A stretch of 64,000 nt of DNA from assembly GCA_016928025.1 (NCBI GenBank), contig JAFGLN010000023.1, positions 17,067-81,066 of the forward strand, written 5' to 3'. Within the stretch, counting starts at the first letter, position 1; the number at the start of each line of letters is the position of its first letter. Positions 29,990 through 40,174 of this stretch are shown in pieces. The position numbers and the translations under genes were made by a program. The notes beneath the pieces were generated by a model. The model saw only the letters and a list, made by a program, of their open reading frames with translations. It searched no databases and was not told where the DNA came from. Source of the stretch: Deltaproteobacteria bacterium. Lineage in GTDB: Bacteria > Desulfobacterota > Syntrophia > Syntrophales > JAFGHS01.

Positions 29990-32662
29990 ATGAAAGAAGT
30001 TAATCTGACAATCAATGGCGTTAAGAAGCAATTCACTGTCGAGCCCGATTATGTGCTCCTTGATCTATTGCGTGAGGATTTGGGCCTGACCGGCGCCAAG
30101 CAGTCTTGTGACCGTAAGGGGCAATGCGGGGCCTGCATGGTCATCGTAGACGGAAAAGCCGTCCATTCCTGTTTAAAGAAGGTGGTCGATCTGGAAGGTG
30201 CTTCCGTCATTACCGTCGAGGGTCTGGGGACACCGCACAATCCGCACCTGATTCAGGAAGCCTATGTACTTTCCGGAGCCGTCCAATGCGGCTATTGCAC
30301 ACCGGGCATGATCATGGCTACCAAGGTGCTCCTCGATAAAAATCCCGATCCTGACGATGCGGCAATTAAAAGGGCTCTGGCCAGGAACCTTTGCCGCTGC
30401 ACGGGCTACACTAAAATCATCGACGCCGTCAAGCTTGCTGCGCGGTTTCTCCGCAATGAAACAACGCCGGACGAATATCGCCAGAACATTGAGGCAGGCG
30501 CCATGGGCGTGTCCCATCCGCGGCCATCGTCGATTCTAAAGGCCTGCGGCGTTGCCCAATTTACCGGAGACATCAAGATGCCGGGCATGATTGAGCTGGC
30601 TCTTGTCCATAGCACGGAACACCATGCGATTATTAAATCCATCGACACTCGGATGGCGGAGAAGATGCCGGGTGTCATCGGAATTATGCGGCCGGAGGAT
30701 ATCAAAGGGACCAACCGTATCCGGGTCATTGTGCCCGATCAGCCGGTTCTCTGTGAAGACAAGGTTCGAATTCTGGGTGATCCGCTTGTTGCCGTTGCCG
30801 CCGAGACGCGGGTCCAGGCCCGGGCCGCCGCCGCCGCGGTCAAGGTACAGTATGAGCCCCTGCCCGTTATGCTGACGCCGGCGGAAGCGTTGGCTCCGGA
30901 TGCCCCGCAGATTCACACGCAGTTGCCTAATCTCTGTTTCTCTCAGCCTTTGATTAAGGGAGATGCCGAGGCAGCCCTGGGGGCATCGGCGGCCGTCGTC
31001 GCAGCTGAATTTTCAACGCAGATGAATCATCAGGCCCCCCTGGAGCCGGAAGCGTGTGTTGCCTATCTCGATGGCGAAGGCGAAAACGCCCGGCTGGTTG
31101 TGATCGGCCGGAGCATCAACATCCATTCCCATGCGGCACAGATTAAAGAAGCCGTTGGTTGGGAAAATATCCGCTACAAAGAAGCCTATTCCGGCGGTCA
31201 ATTCGGTATCAAGGCGGCCGTCACCAGTGAGGCTGTCACCGCCGCGGCGGCCATGCATTTCAAACGGCCGGTCCGTTATATTCCAAGCCTTCAGGAATCA
31301 ATCATTACGACGTCCAAAAGGCATCCCTATGAAATGAAGCTGAAACTGGCTGCCGATGCCCAGGGCCATATCACGGCTTATGAAAATGATTTTACCATCA
31401 ATAAAGGAGCGTACACTATTTTAGGTCCCATGGCCATATCGAGAAGCCTCCACATGCTCTCAGGGTCCTACCATATCCCCAACATTAATGCCCTGGGAAA
31501 ACTAGTATATACCAATAACGGCTATGGCGGAGCCGCGAGGGGTGCCGGACCTCCCCAGACCATCTTTGCCCTCGAGTCGGCGGTGGACATGCTGGCGGAG
31601 AAGTTAGAAATCGATCCTTTGGAGTTCCGGCGCAGGAATTCTCTGCAACCGGGTGGGACGAAGGCCACCGGTATGGTTGCTGCTCAGTGGCCGTTTCCGG
31701 AGGTTTGTGACGCCATCAAACCTCACTATGACAGGGCCAAAAAAGAGGTGGAAGCTTTTAATCAAAAAAACGACAGGATCAAACGAGGTGTCGGCATTGC
31801 CGCTATGTCCTTTGGGATCGGCGGGAACGCTGACCGGGCAAAGCTGGCCGTCGAGGTCGATCCGGATGACGGCATCACGATTTACGCCGCCGTTGCCGAT
31901 CCGGGCGAAGGCAATGAGTCCATGCTAGCGCAGATTGCTGCCCATGCCTTGGAGATGCCTCTGGAGAAAGTACGCCTCTACACGCGTGATACGGAAAAGA
32001 CGTTTCCCGCCGGGCCTTCGGCGGGGAGCCGTCAGACCTGGATGGCGGGCGGTGCCTTGATGGATGCCATCCAGCAAATGAAGGAAGCTATGGAAGCAGT
32101 CGGATCGAAGACGTATGAAGGCCTGCAAAAGACAGGAAAACCAACCCGCTATGAAGGGCGCCGCAAGAACAAAGGCGAATTAATGCTTGATCCCAAAACC
32201 GGTCAGGGGGATTCATTTTTGTCCGAATGCCACAATCTTCAGATGGTGGAGGCGGAAGTGAACACGGAAACCGGTGCGGTTGTGGTGAACAAGATTACGA
32301 CCGTTGTGGACGCAGGGCCGGTAATCCATCCGCAGAATCTCGAGGGCCAGTTGGAGGGTGGGATGGACCAGGGCGTCGGCTACGCGCTCCGTGAAGAATA
32401 TGTCCACGGCAAAACGAAAGATTATGTCAGCTTCAAATTTCCCACTATGCGGACCGCCTTCAAAACGGAGATTATCACGTTGGAAACACCTCGTATTGGC
32501 GGGCCCCTGGGAGCCACGGGCATCGGTGAGATGACCATGGTGTCCACGGCGCCGGCGGTGATCAACGCCATCTATAATGCCTGCGGCGCCAGAATCTTCG
32601 ATCTGCCGGCGACACCGGCCAAAGTGAAGGCGGCAATTGAGGCCAGGAACAAAACAATGTAA
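29990..32662 (+). CDS. Mop-type aldehyde oxidoreductase (xanthine oxidase family; 2x[2Fe-2S] plus MCD, no FAD domain)
   Basis: GAKQSC..GQCGAC, QCGYCTPG, NLCRCTGY, HQAPLEPE, GQLEGG and GIGE (catalytic Glu); strong RBS GGAGGAG. Confidence 0.93.
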   Translation: MKEVNLTINGVKKQFTVEPDYVLLDLLREDLGLTGAKQSCDRKGQCGACMVIVDGKAVHSCLKKVVDLEGASVITVEGLGTPHNPHLIQEAYVLSGAVQCGYCTPGMIMATKVLLDKNPDPDDAAIKRALARNLCRCTGYTKIIDAVKLAARFLRNETTPDEYRQNIEAGAMGVSHPRPSSILKACGVAQFTGDIKMPGMIELALVHSTEHHAIIKSIDTRMAEKMPGVIGIMRPEDIKGTNRIRVIVPDQPVLCEDKVRILGDPLVAVAAETRVQARAAAAAVKVQYEPLPVMLTPAEALAPDAPQIHTQLPNLCFSQPLIKGDAEAALGASAAVVAAEFSTQMNHQAPLEPEACVAYLDGEGENARLVVIGRSINIHSHAAQIKEAVGWENIRYKEAYSGGQFGIKAAVTSEAVTAAAAMHFKRPVRYIPSLQESIITTSKRHPYEMKLKLAADAQGHITAYENDFTINKGAYTILGPMAISRSLHMLSGSYHIPNINALGKLVYTNNGYGGAARGAGPPQTIFALESAVDMLAEKLEIDPLEFRRRNSLQPGGTKATGMVAAQWPFPEVCDAIKPHYDRAKKEVEAFNQKNDRIKRGVGIAAMSFGIGGNADRAKLAVEVDPDDGITIYAAVADPGEGNESMLAQIAAHALEMPLEKVRLYTRDTEKTFPAGPSAGSRQTWMAGGALMDAIQQMKEAMEAVGSKTYEGLQKTGKPTRYEGRRKNKGELMLDPKTGQGDSFLSECHNLQMVEAEVNTETGAVVVNKITTVVDAGPVIHPQNLEGQLEGGMDQGVGYALREEYVHGKTKDYVSFKFPTMRTAFKTEIITLETPRIGGPLGATGIGEMTMVSTAPAVINAIYNACGARIFDLPATPAKVKAAIEARNKTM

Positions 32663-32672
32663 TACAAGGCTG

Positions 32673-32723
32673 AAGATCGGCAGGTCGACACCCATTTAAT
32701 GATGTCGATCTGCCGATCTTTTT
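32673..32723 (+). terminator. intrinsic terminator after the aldehyde oxidoreductase gene
   Basis: AAGATCGGCAGGTCGACA...TGTCGATCTGCCGATCTT followed by a T tract. Confidence 0.8.
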
Positions 32724-32762
32724 GTTTGACGATTCCGCAAGTCATTTCATATGATGCCGGCC

Positions 32763-34118
32763 ATGATTATTTCCCCCAAAGGTATATCCCTGGACATCAT
32801 CCGTAACGATTTTCCGTCGTTAAGGAGGATGAGAGACGGAAAGCCGCCCATCTATTTCGATAACGCCTGTACAACTTTGGTGCCACAGCAGGTCATCCGC
32901 GCGATAACGGACTACTATGAACAACATCCGGCCTGCGGCGGTGGCCGAAGCCGCCACTGGTTTGCCGAAGAAGTGATCGCAGAAATTGACGGCGATGCGG
33001 CGGCGGAAATTGAAGGATCGCGCCAAATTATTGCGGACTTTATCAATGCCGGCTCCGAAAAAGAAATTGTCTTTACCGCCAATGCCAGTCATGCCATCAA
33101 TATTGTGGCCCTGGGTTTTCCCTTCCGTCGTGGTGATGTCGTGCTGCTTACGGACCGGGAACATAATTCGAATCTTGTTCCCTGGCTGAGATTGCAGAAT
33201 AAAGGATCGATCAGGGTTGATTATTGCGGGACGGGAGAGGATGGTGCTTTTGATCTTGAAGCCTTCCGGGGTAAGTTGGAAAGCGGCCCTGTCCGCCTGG
33301 TCAGCATGGCCTACACCTCGAATGTGACCGGCTGCACCCTGCCGGCCAAGGCGATCATCGACTTGGCCCATTGTTGCGGTGCCAGGGTCCTTCTGGATGC
33401 GGCCCAGACGGCGCCGCACCGGGCAATGGATGTTCAGGACCTGGATGTGGATTTCCTGGCCTTCTCCATCCACAAAATGTGCGGTCCCCGGGGCGTGGGT
33501 ATCCTGTATGGCAAAGGAGCGCTTTTAAGGCAGGCCGAGCCCGGGATTGGCGATGACGGTGAAGATGCTATCGAACCGGTACTCCTGGGTGGCGGCGCGG
33601 TCCATGATGCGACCTATCAGGGTTATCGTCTTTTGGATCCGCCCGAGCGGTTTGAGGTCGGCGTGCAGAACTACGCAGGCCAGATTGCCGCCGGCGCCGC
33701 CGTGAACTATTTGCAGGCCATTGGAATGGACCGCATTGACAAACGGGAAACCGAATTAAACGGCTTCCTGACTGAGGAACTGCTCAAGCGATACGGAGAC
33801 ACCGGCTGGTTCAGGATTATCGGTCCCCGCGAGGCGGCGCAAAGAGGCGGCCTCCTCACCTTCGAGATTAAAAGGCCCAATGCCGTGGGCATCACGGAGG
33901 AGCTGAGCGCCCGGAGCAGCATCATGATCCGCGACGGTGTTTTTTGCGTTCATTCTTACTTCAACAAGCTCTACGGTGAGGGCTGGACCAGGCCGAAGCC
34001 GCCGTCGGAGCACAAAATGGTTTACCGTCTGTCTCTGTATTTTTACAACACCCTGGAGGAATGCCGGACGTTCCTGGACACGCTGCATGACATTTTTGAA
34101 GAACGCAGCTATATTTGA
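32763..34118 (+). CDS. divergent SufS-like cysteine desulfurase / selenocysteine lyase (class V PLP enzyme)
   Basis: IRNDFP, YFDNACTT, EHNSN, DAAQ, SIHKMCGP (PLP Lys), RFEVG, RDGVFCVH (catalytic Cys) and RLSLYFYNT. Start could be 32751, 32754 or 32763. Confidence 0.88.
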   Translation: MIISPKGISLDIIRNDFPSLRRMRDGKPPIYFDNACTTLVPQQVIRAITDYYEQHPACGGGRSRHWFAEEVIAEIDGDAAAEIEGSRQIIADFINAGSEKEIVFTANASHAINIVALGFPFRRGDVVLLTDREHNSNLVPWLRLQNKGSIRVDYCGTGEDGAFDLEAFRGKLESGPVRLVSMAYTSNVTGCTLPAKAIIDLAHCCGARVLLDAAQTAPHRAMDVQDLDVDFLAFSIHKMCGPRGVGILYGKGALLRQAEPGIGDDGEDAIEPVLLGGGAVHDATYQGYRLLDPPERFEVGVQNYAGQIAAGAAVNYLQAIGMDRIDKRETELNGFLTEELLKRYGDTGWFRIIGPREAAQRGGLLTFEIKRPNAVGITEELSARSSIMIRDGVFCVHSYFNKLYGEGWTRPKPPSEHKMVYRLSLYFYNTLEECRTFLDTLHDIFEERSYI

Positions 34119-34155
34119 TAGTTATCCGGTTTTTGCGAAACCGAAGCTCGTTATT

Positions 34156-34554
34156 ATGGATGAAGCCGTCATCAAATATTACCGCAAACTGTTGAGATCG
34201 GGCTTTAAGTATGCCGGCACCGTCGATAATCCCGACATTTTCATCGACACCGTAAGCGAAAATGTTCCGCTCTGTGGCCATGCCGGCGACTACTTGCATC
34301 TTTACATCCATGTTCGGGACGGTAAAATTGCCGCCGCCAGGTATCTATGCACGTGCGAACCGACAACGAATGTCGTTGTGGAAATCCTTTGCGGTCTGGT
34401 TCAGAATAAAACCTTGGCGGAGGTTAAACAAATCAATGAAAATTTTTTTTCCGAAGAATTGGCCAGTGACGGCAAAGACCTGCGACACAAAGCCGCCGGT
34501 CTGCTGGAACTTCTGCACAGAGGACTGGATAGATATCTGGCGGAGAGAATCTGA
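34156..34554 (+). CDS. NifU/IscU N-terminal (SufU-like) domain protein
   Basis: PLCGHAGD..L...V.DGKI....Y.CTC......EIL....KTL.E pattern; ATG at 34156; follows the desulfurase. Confidence 0.75.
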   Translation: MDEAVIKYYRKLLRSGFKYAGTVDNPDIFIDTVSENVPLCGHAGDYLHLYIHVRDGKIAAARYLCTCEPTTNVVVEILCGLVQNKTLAEVKQINENFFSEELASDGKDLRHKAAGLLELLHRGLDRYLAERI

Positions 34555-34571
34555 GATAAAGGAGTCATTGC

Positions 34572-35630
34572 ATGAACGATAACAAGTATCTTTTGAAAAT
34601 GATCTGTGAAAAACTGGGAACAGAAGCGTCACTCGTTCTGGCCTCCATTGTCAGTATTGAGGGCTCGTCGCCCCGGCATGGGGGAGCGAAAATGATCGTC
34701 GACGAGCGGGGAAAAAGTTACGGAACCATCGGCGGCGGAGCAATGGAAGCGACAGTGATTAGGGAGGCGTCAAATGCCCTATCGACAAAGCAATCCTGCC
34801 TGATGCGCTTTGATTTGACCGGTGAAGACGCCTCCGCCAAAGACATGATCTGCGGCGGAACGGCCCTGGTTCTGCTGGACGTCGTTGAGGCAACGTCGGA
34901 GAATATTGCCTTCTTCCGGGGATTTCAGGAAGCAGTGCAGGCGGATAACAACGGCTGTTTTTATACGCTGTTTCGCGGCGCTGATCAGGCCGTCGATATC
35001 CTTGGCCGTACACTGTACATCCCCGGTAAGAAAAGCACCGGCACTTATGTCTGGCAAGAAACAGATCTGGAAAAGGTTATATCCGCCTCGAAAGGTCTTT
35101 CCACAGCAGAAGTCCTTTCCCTGGGGGCAGTGCGGGTTGTTCTGGATCCGGTTAGAAAAACGGAAACGCTTTACTGCTTCGGGGCGGGGCATGTGGCCCT
35201 GCCGGCGGCCCATATGGCTGCCCTGGTGGGATTTCGCGTCGTTGTCATCGATGATCGGGATGAGTTTGCCAACAGGGATCGCTTTCCCGAAGCCGACGAG
35301 GTTCGCGTTATCGAAGACTTCAACCACGCCCTGGATGGGCTGCCCATCGACGCTGATTCATATATCGTAATTGTCACGAGGGGGCATGCCTTTGACCGGG
35401 TCGTTCTCGAACAGGCCTTAAAGACCAAAGCCGGCTACATTGGCATGATCAGCAGTCGTAAAAAAAGAGAGCAGATTTATTCGGCGTTGATGGAGGAGGG
35501 TGTGAGCAAGGAGGCGCTGGCGTTTGTTCATTCTCCCATCGGCATTCCCATCGGCGGCGATACACCGGAAGAAATTGCCGTCAGCATTGTTGCCGAGCTC
35601 ATCGGCGAACGGTATAAGAGGAAGTCATGA
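34572..35630 (+). CDS. XdhC family molybdenum cofactor chaperone
   Basis: GSSPR..GAKM, GTIGGG, MICGG, GAGHV, TRGH..D and PIG..IGGDTPEEIAVSI motifs. Confidence 0.93.
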   Translation: MNDNKYLLKMICEKLGTEASLVLASIVSIEGSSPRHGGAKMIVDERGKSYGTIGGGAMEATVIREASNALSTKQSCLMRFDLTGEDASAKDMICGGTALVLLDVVEATSENIAFFRGFQEAVQADNNGCFYTLFRGADQAVDILGRTLYIPGKKSTGTYVWQETDLEKVISASKGLSTAEVLSLGAVRVVLDPVRKTETLYCFGAGHVALPAAHMAALVGFRVVVIDDRDEFANRDRFPEADEVRVIEDFNHALDGLPIDADSYIVIVTRGHAFDRVVLEQALKTKAGYIGMISSRKKREQIYSALMEEGVSKEALAFVHSPIGIPIGGDTPEEIAVSIVAELIGERYKRKS

Positions 35631-36745
35631 CAGATACCCGTTATGCCGCTATCATCCTTGCGGCCGGCCTTTCGTCGCGCATGAAATCCTTCAAACCTCT
35701 GCTGCCTTTGGGAGCAGAATCAATTGCTGACCGGGTTATCTCGTCATTTACAAAAAATAGCTGCGATGTGCTGCTCGTGATCGGATGGAATAAGGACCTT
35801 CTGCTATCCGGCCTGAAAACCCGGTACATCACAATTGTCGAAAATCCCGATTACGAGCAGGGAATGTTTACCTCTGTCCTGGCAGGCATCCATCGCCTGC
35901 AGCCACAGCTCGATGGATTTTTCATCATGCCGGTTGATATTCCCCTCGTGAGACCGGCGACGGTTCGCGGGCTCATGGACGAAGCGGCAAAACAGCCGGG
36001 GAAAATTATCTATCCCGCCTTCGGGAGGGAAAGAGGGCATCCGACTTTTGTTCCGTCTTGCCTCGTTTCCGGTATTGCGTCGTGGCAGCAGGACGGAGGT
36101 TTGAAGGCATTTCTCCGGATCCGCGAAGAACTTTCTCTGGATTTGCCCGTGCCCGATCGCAACATCCTGTTTGATATCGATACGGCCGATGACTATCAAG
36201 AGGCGCAGGAGCGTTTTCGCACCTATGATATACCGACGGATGAAGAGTGCGACGTCATCATGGATGTCATTCATCCTGTGGCAACCAATGTCCGCCGGCA
36301 TTGCCGGAAAGTCGCCGAAGTGGCCGTGTTCCTTGGTGAAAAATTGCGGCATCAGGGTCAAGACATCAACTTGCCTTTGGTCCGGGCTGCAGCCCTACTG
36401 CACGATCTGGCCAAAGGAATGCCGGATCATGACACGGTGGCGGGTCGGATGCTGAATGACATGGGCTTCGGTGCTGTCGGCAACATCGTGGCTCTGCACA
36501 CCGATTTAACGGAGGGGGCTGAAATTGTCTCCCTGGAAACCAAGATTGTGTATCTTGCGGACAAGTTTGTGGAAAACGACAAGATTATACCGCTGGAAGA
36601 GCGCTATCGCACCTGGGACCGCCGGTTTGCCGTTACCCCGGATGTCAAGGTCGGTATCCTAAGGCGCAAAAGCCGCGCCCTTCAGGTAAAGCAAGAATTG
36701 GAAGTAATCCTGGGCGGCCCGTTGGAAAATATTATTAATGTCTAA
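35627..36745 (+). CDS. MocA-like Moco cytidylyltransferase fused to an HD domain
   Basis: ILAAGLSSRM..FKPLL, GMFTS, PVDIP, GHP and DIDT motifs; C-terminal H...V, ALLHDLAK, YLADK. Confidence 0.9.
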   Translation: MTDTRYAAIILAAGLSSRMKSFKPLLPLGAESIADRVISSFTKNSCDVLLVIGWNKDLLLSGLKTRYITIVENPDYEQGMFTSVLAGIHRLQPQLDGFFIMPVDIPLVRPATVRGLMDEAAKQPGKIIYPAFGRERGHPTFVPSCLVSGIASWQQDGGLKAFLRIREELSLDLPVPDRNILFDIDTADDYQEAQERFRTYDIPTDEECDVIMDVIHPVATNVRRHCRKVAEVAVFLGEKLRHQGQDINLPLVRAAALLHDLAKGMPDHDTVAGRMLNDMGFGAVGNIVALHTDLTEGAEIVSLETKIVYLADKFVENDKIIPLEERYRTWDRRFAVTPDVKVGILRRKSRALQVKQELEVILGGPLENIINV

Positions 36746-36849
36746 AGACCATTTCCCGATGCAGGGGGCGTTTCTTCTATCCGCTTTTCTGCTTTAATTT
36801 ATGTCGGCACGCCGGACATTTGCATGAGCGCCCCAACGTTACAATGGGC

Positions 36850-38115
36850 TTACGACCTTTCGGACGGTTTGGCCAGAGCGGAAGAGATCAAGCCGATGAC
36901 CAGGACCATCAGAATCAAAATGAACGCCATATCATAGCTGCCGAATTTTTCCTGTACATAACCGGCACCCGCCGGAATGAAGGCGCCCAGGACCGTCGTC
37001 AGAGGGAACACCAAACCCATAATGCTGGCATAATTTTCCGGTCCGAAATAATTGCCGTACAATGTAGGCATCATCACCAGGATAGTGCCGTACGTGAGAC
37101 CAAAGATAAAACTCATGACCATCAGGATCGGCAGATTGGGAGCCTTCCAGATGAAAAAATACCCGACCAGCATGGCCATATAAGCAACCACACTGATCCA
37201 GCGAGGTTCAACGCGGTCAGCCAACCAGCCGCTCGGGAAGCGGGCGATGCTGCTGCCCAGGAGCATCATGCTGATAACCGAGGCGGCTTGCATTTTAGTA
37301 TAACCCACATCCGTGACATGCAATACACCATGGGCCAAGAGCATGACGAGCGGCATCATATGCACCGCGCTGAGAACAGTAATAAACCAGAATGACGGCG
37401 TCCTCAAAATTTCTCTATAGGTCCATACCCGGGAAGTATGGAAGGTTCTGGCCGCCTTGACCGGATTGTCTGTCAGCGTGTCGCCCTGTGCCAGATCAAT
37501 GCCGTCGACTGACTGGTTCAGATCTTCGGGTTTATTGACAACGAAAAACATTAGAATAATGCCGACAATAACGAACCCGCAGGCGGACAGCCAGCCGAAC
37601 CGCCATGATCCGGTTTTGAGGATGAGCCAGGTCAGGGTCGGCTGGGCGAGAAAACCGGCCAGAGGCGCGGCGGTCATGACCAGACCCAGAACCATGGCCC
37701 GCTTGGCGCTGAACCAGTGCATGAGGATCGTCTGAATGGAAAACAAACCGCCTAGAGCGATGCCTAAAGGGATGATCAGCCCCCAAAGCACGATCCACAG
37801 CCAGAGCTGCCTGGTGATTGTGCCCAACAGAATCAGGGCGAATGCGATGATGGTCAATCCCGTCATGATTGTTTTTTTCGCCCCGAATTTATTGATTGAT
37901 ATGGCCATAACCGGCGCCAGAAACCCCATGGCCAGCACATTGATGGTATGGGCGATGGAAGCCTGCCCGCGGCCCCATCCCAATGCGTCGATCATGGCCG
38001 GGAAGATGGCCGCAAAGCCGTAAACGACGATGCCCGTTGTACAAAAATAGATTACAAAAAGAAGTATTGCGTTGATCCAACCATAAAATTTCCCATTTTC
38101 CTTTTGAACCTTCAT
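36850..38115 (-). CDS. MFS transporter
   Basis: About 12 hydrophobic segments; FYGW start, GWLADR motif, NYFG. Start at 38115 or 38136. Confidence 0.9.
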   Translation of the reverse strand: MKVQKENGKFYGWINAILLFVIYFCTTGIVVYGFAAIFPAMIDALGWGRGQASIAHTINVLAMGFLAPVMAISINKFGAKKTIMTGLTIIAFALILLGTITRQLWLWIVLWGLIIPLGIALGGLFSIQTILMHWFSAKRAMVLGLVMTAAPLAGFLAQPTLTWLILKTGSWRFGWLSACGFVIVGIILMFFVVNKPEDLNQSVDGIDLAQGDTLTDNPVKAARTFHTSRVWTYREILRTPSFWFITVLSAVHMMPLVMLLAHGVLHVTDVGYTKMQAASVISMMLLGSSIARFPSGWLADRVEPRWISVVAYMAMLVGYFFIWKAPNLPILMVMSFIFGLTYGTILVMMPTLYGNYFGPENYASIMGLVFPLTTVLGAFIPAGAGYVQEKFGSYDMAFILILMVLVIGLISSALAKPSERS

Positions 38116-38550
38116 TGATTTACCCACTTTCTTCAATCGAATCTGAGATGATACAGTCAGAAAATCAGATTGAAATTATACGGCCATGGCCGTCCTGGAT
38201 CTTTTTTACATTCATGCTCTTTTTCTGCGGTATTGTCTGTCTTGGCGTTCTAGAAAAGGCTTTCGATATTGAATAAGGCTTCAAATTAATGCCTGATCAG
38301 GAGTTCCTCGACGCACTCTTAAGCATGCTACTCCCCAAAATCCAGGAAAGTCAACAGGAAGTTGACAAAAATTTTTATCTGCAGATTTTCTTGTCGGATT
38401 TAAATGGCCGTCTGGTTGGAATTTGCCCAAGTTGTAACGATTATATGTCGAAGTAGTATTGAATTGTCCATCCGGTGAATGATCGCTGATAATTATGTGC
38501 GCCGGAAATTTCAGGGAGCCTTTCGGTATCCCGTCAGGAGCATTTAGCTG

Positions 38551-39115
38551 GTGAATTTTTCCCCTTTTATTTCTTTTTTGAGCAGTCTGGTCTGCCTTTT
38601 TGTCGGCAGCCTTGTCTATTTTCAGAGCAGCAGAAGGCCCCTGCACACGGCGTTTATGGTATTGTGCCTGATGAATGCTTATTGGGGCTTTGTTGCATTC
38701 ATGTATTTTTCCGCCGGGGACCCGGAAACGGCCCTTTTCTCTGTCCAATGGGTGCCGATCGACTTTTTTGCCGTTTCGGTCATGCTTCATTTCGTACTCA
38801 TTAGATACCTCGAATCAAAAAAGGATAGAAGCCGAGCGGGTGCAATTGATCGGGGAGCTTCGGGATGCCCTGAGCAACATTAAGACATTGCGGAGGTTGA
38901 TTCCGATTTGTTCGAGCTGCAAAAAAATCAGAAACGGTAAGGGATACCGGCAGCAGGTGGAGAAATACGTTAAAGAGCGCACCGATGCTGATTTCCGTCA
39001 TGGTATCTATGAAGACTGCACAAAAAGACTTTATCCGGATCTCTTCAAAAAATTAACGTTAAATCCAATGACGTTGTTCGACGAGGTCGCCGAAAAAAAT
39101 ATTCGGATTTCCTGA
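38551..39115 (+). pseudogene. collapsed sensor/regulator remnant (N-terminal 7TM fragment plus C-terminal IPICxxCKKIR domain)
   Basis: Hydrophobic 7TM-like start in one frame, then ELRDALSNIKTLRRLIPICSSCKKIRNGKGYRQQVE...FRHGIYEDC in another frame. The usual W and ICPxC are degraded and no middle domains remain. Confidence 0.7.
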
Positions 39116-39175
39116 TGATCTGAAACTCGGCCGGCCAATCAAATTTAGCGGCTGCCCGAAGGAAGGTCCAAGAGT

Positions 39176-40099
39176 TTAACCTTTATCGAGACGATAAATA
39201 CCTTCCTCCTTTGCCATGTTCACGGCGTCTTTGAATTCTTTGCCCGTAATTCTTCTGGAAAGGGGCGAGCCGGGCGGGATGAGATCGCCGCAGGGATGGT
39301 ACTGGGCCATAATATTGACATAGGTATTGGGGGAAATCTCGGCGGCGAGAAACCGCATGGCCTCGCGGGTTCCTGCAAGGCCCTCCGGCAGGACGAGGTG
39401 CCGGACCAGAAGACCGCGCACGGCAATGCCGTCTTCATCTGTGTCCAGATCTCCCGTTTGTCGGTGCATTTCCCGGAGGGCGGCTTTGACAACCTCAGGA
39501 TAATCGGGTGCGTCGGAATACTCTTTCGCGATATCACTTCGGGTATATTTGAAATCGGGCATGTAGATATCGACGATGCCGTCCAGAAGTTTTAAGGTTT
39601 CAACCGAATCGTATCCACCCGTATTGTAAACGAGGGGAACCGTGAGCCCCCGCTCGACGCCCGCCGGTAGGGCCTTGATAATGTGAGGGACGAAATGGGA
39701 GGGGCTGACGAAATTGATGTTATGGCAGCCGCGCTGCTCGAGGGCCACCATCATGGCACTGAATTTTTCGAAAGAAATCCGATGTCCCCGGCCGAAACGG
39801 CTGATTTCGTAATTCTGGCAAAAGATACAACCCAGGTTGCAATAGGTCATAAAGATGGTCCCCGACCCGCCGTATCCGACGAGGGAACTCTCCTCGCCGA
39901 AATGGGGGCCGTAGGATGAGATGACCGGAAACGCACCGGCCCGGCAAAATCCCGTTTCACCGGATATCCGGTCGACGCCGCACCTTCTTGGACAGACCGT
40001 GCATTCCGTGAGCAGAGAGGAGGCTTTCTCGATCAATGCGGGGAAAAGACCCTTCTCGTAGGTTGTCAGATAAGCAGCTCGGAAATCGGCCCGCTTCAT
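39176..40099 (-). CDS. radical SAM protein, PflX-like
   Basis: CTVCPRRC, PHFGEE, CNLGCIFCQN, DIYMPDFKY and VRHLVLP motifs. Confidence 0.92.
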   Translation of the reverse strand: MKRADFRAAYLTTYEKGLFPALIEKASSLLTECTVCPRRCGVDRISGETGFCRAGAFPVISSYGPHFGEESSLVGYGGSGTIFMTYCNLGCIFCQNYEISRFGRGHRISFEKFSAMMVALEQRGCHNINFVSPSHFVPHIIKALPAGVERGLTVPLVYNTGGYDSVETLKLLDGIVDIYMPDFKYTRSDIAKEYSDAPDYPEVVKAALREMHRQTGDLDTDEDGIAVRGLLVRHLVLPEGLAGTREAMRFLAAEISPNTYVNIMAQYHPCGDLIPPGSPLSRRITGKEFKDAVNMAKEEGIYRLDKG

Positions 40100-40174
40100 C
40101 TTGGATCACCTTGATTAAAATTTGCGCAGAAGGTTTCGAATACCCTACATTGAGCCGGTCAAGAAGCACCTCAG

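Noticed and set aside
34116-34560. Additional Sec read-through at the TGA stops of the desulfurase or NifU-like genes
   Set aside because: The desulfurase TGA is followed immediately by TAG, the NifU-like domain appears complete at its TGA, and I saw no SECIS-like hairpin after either.
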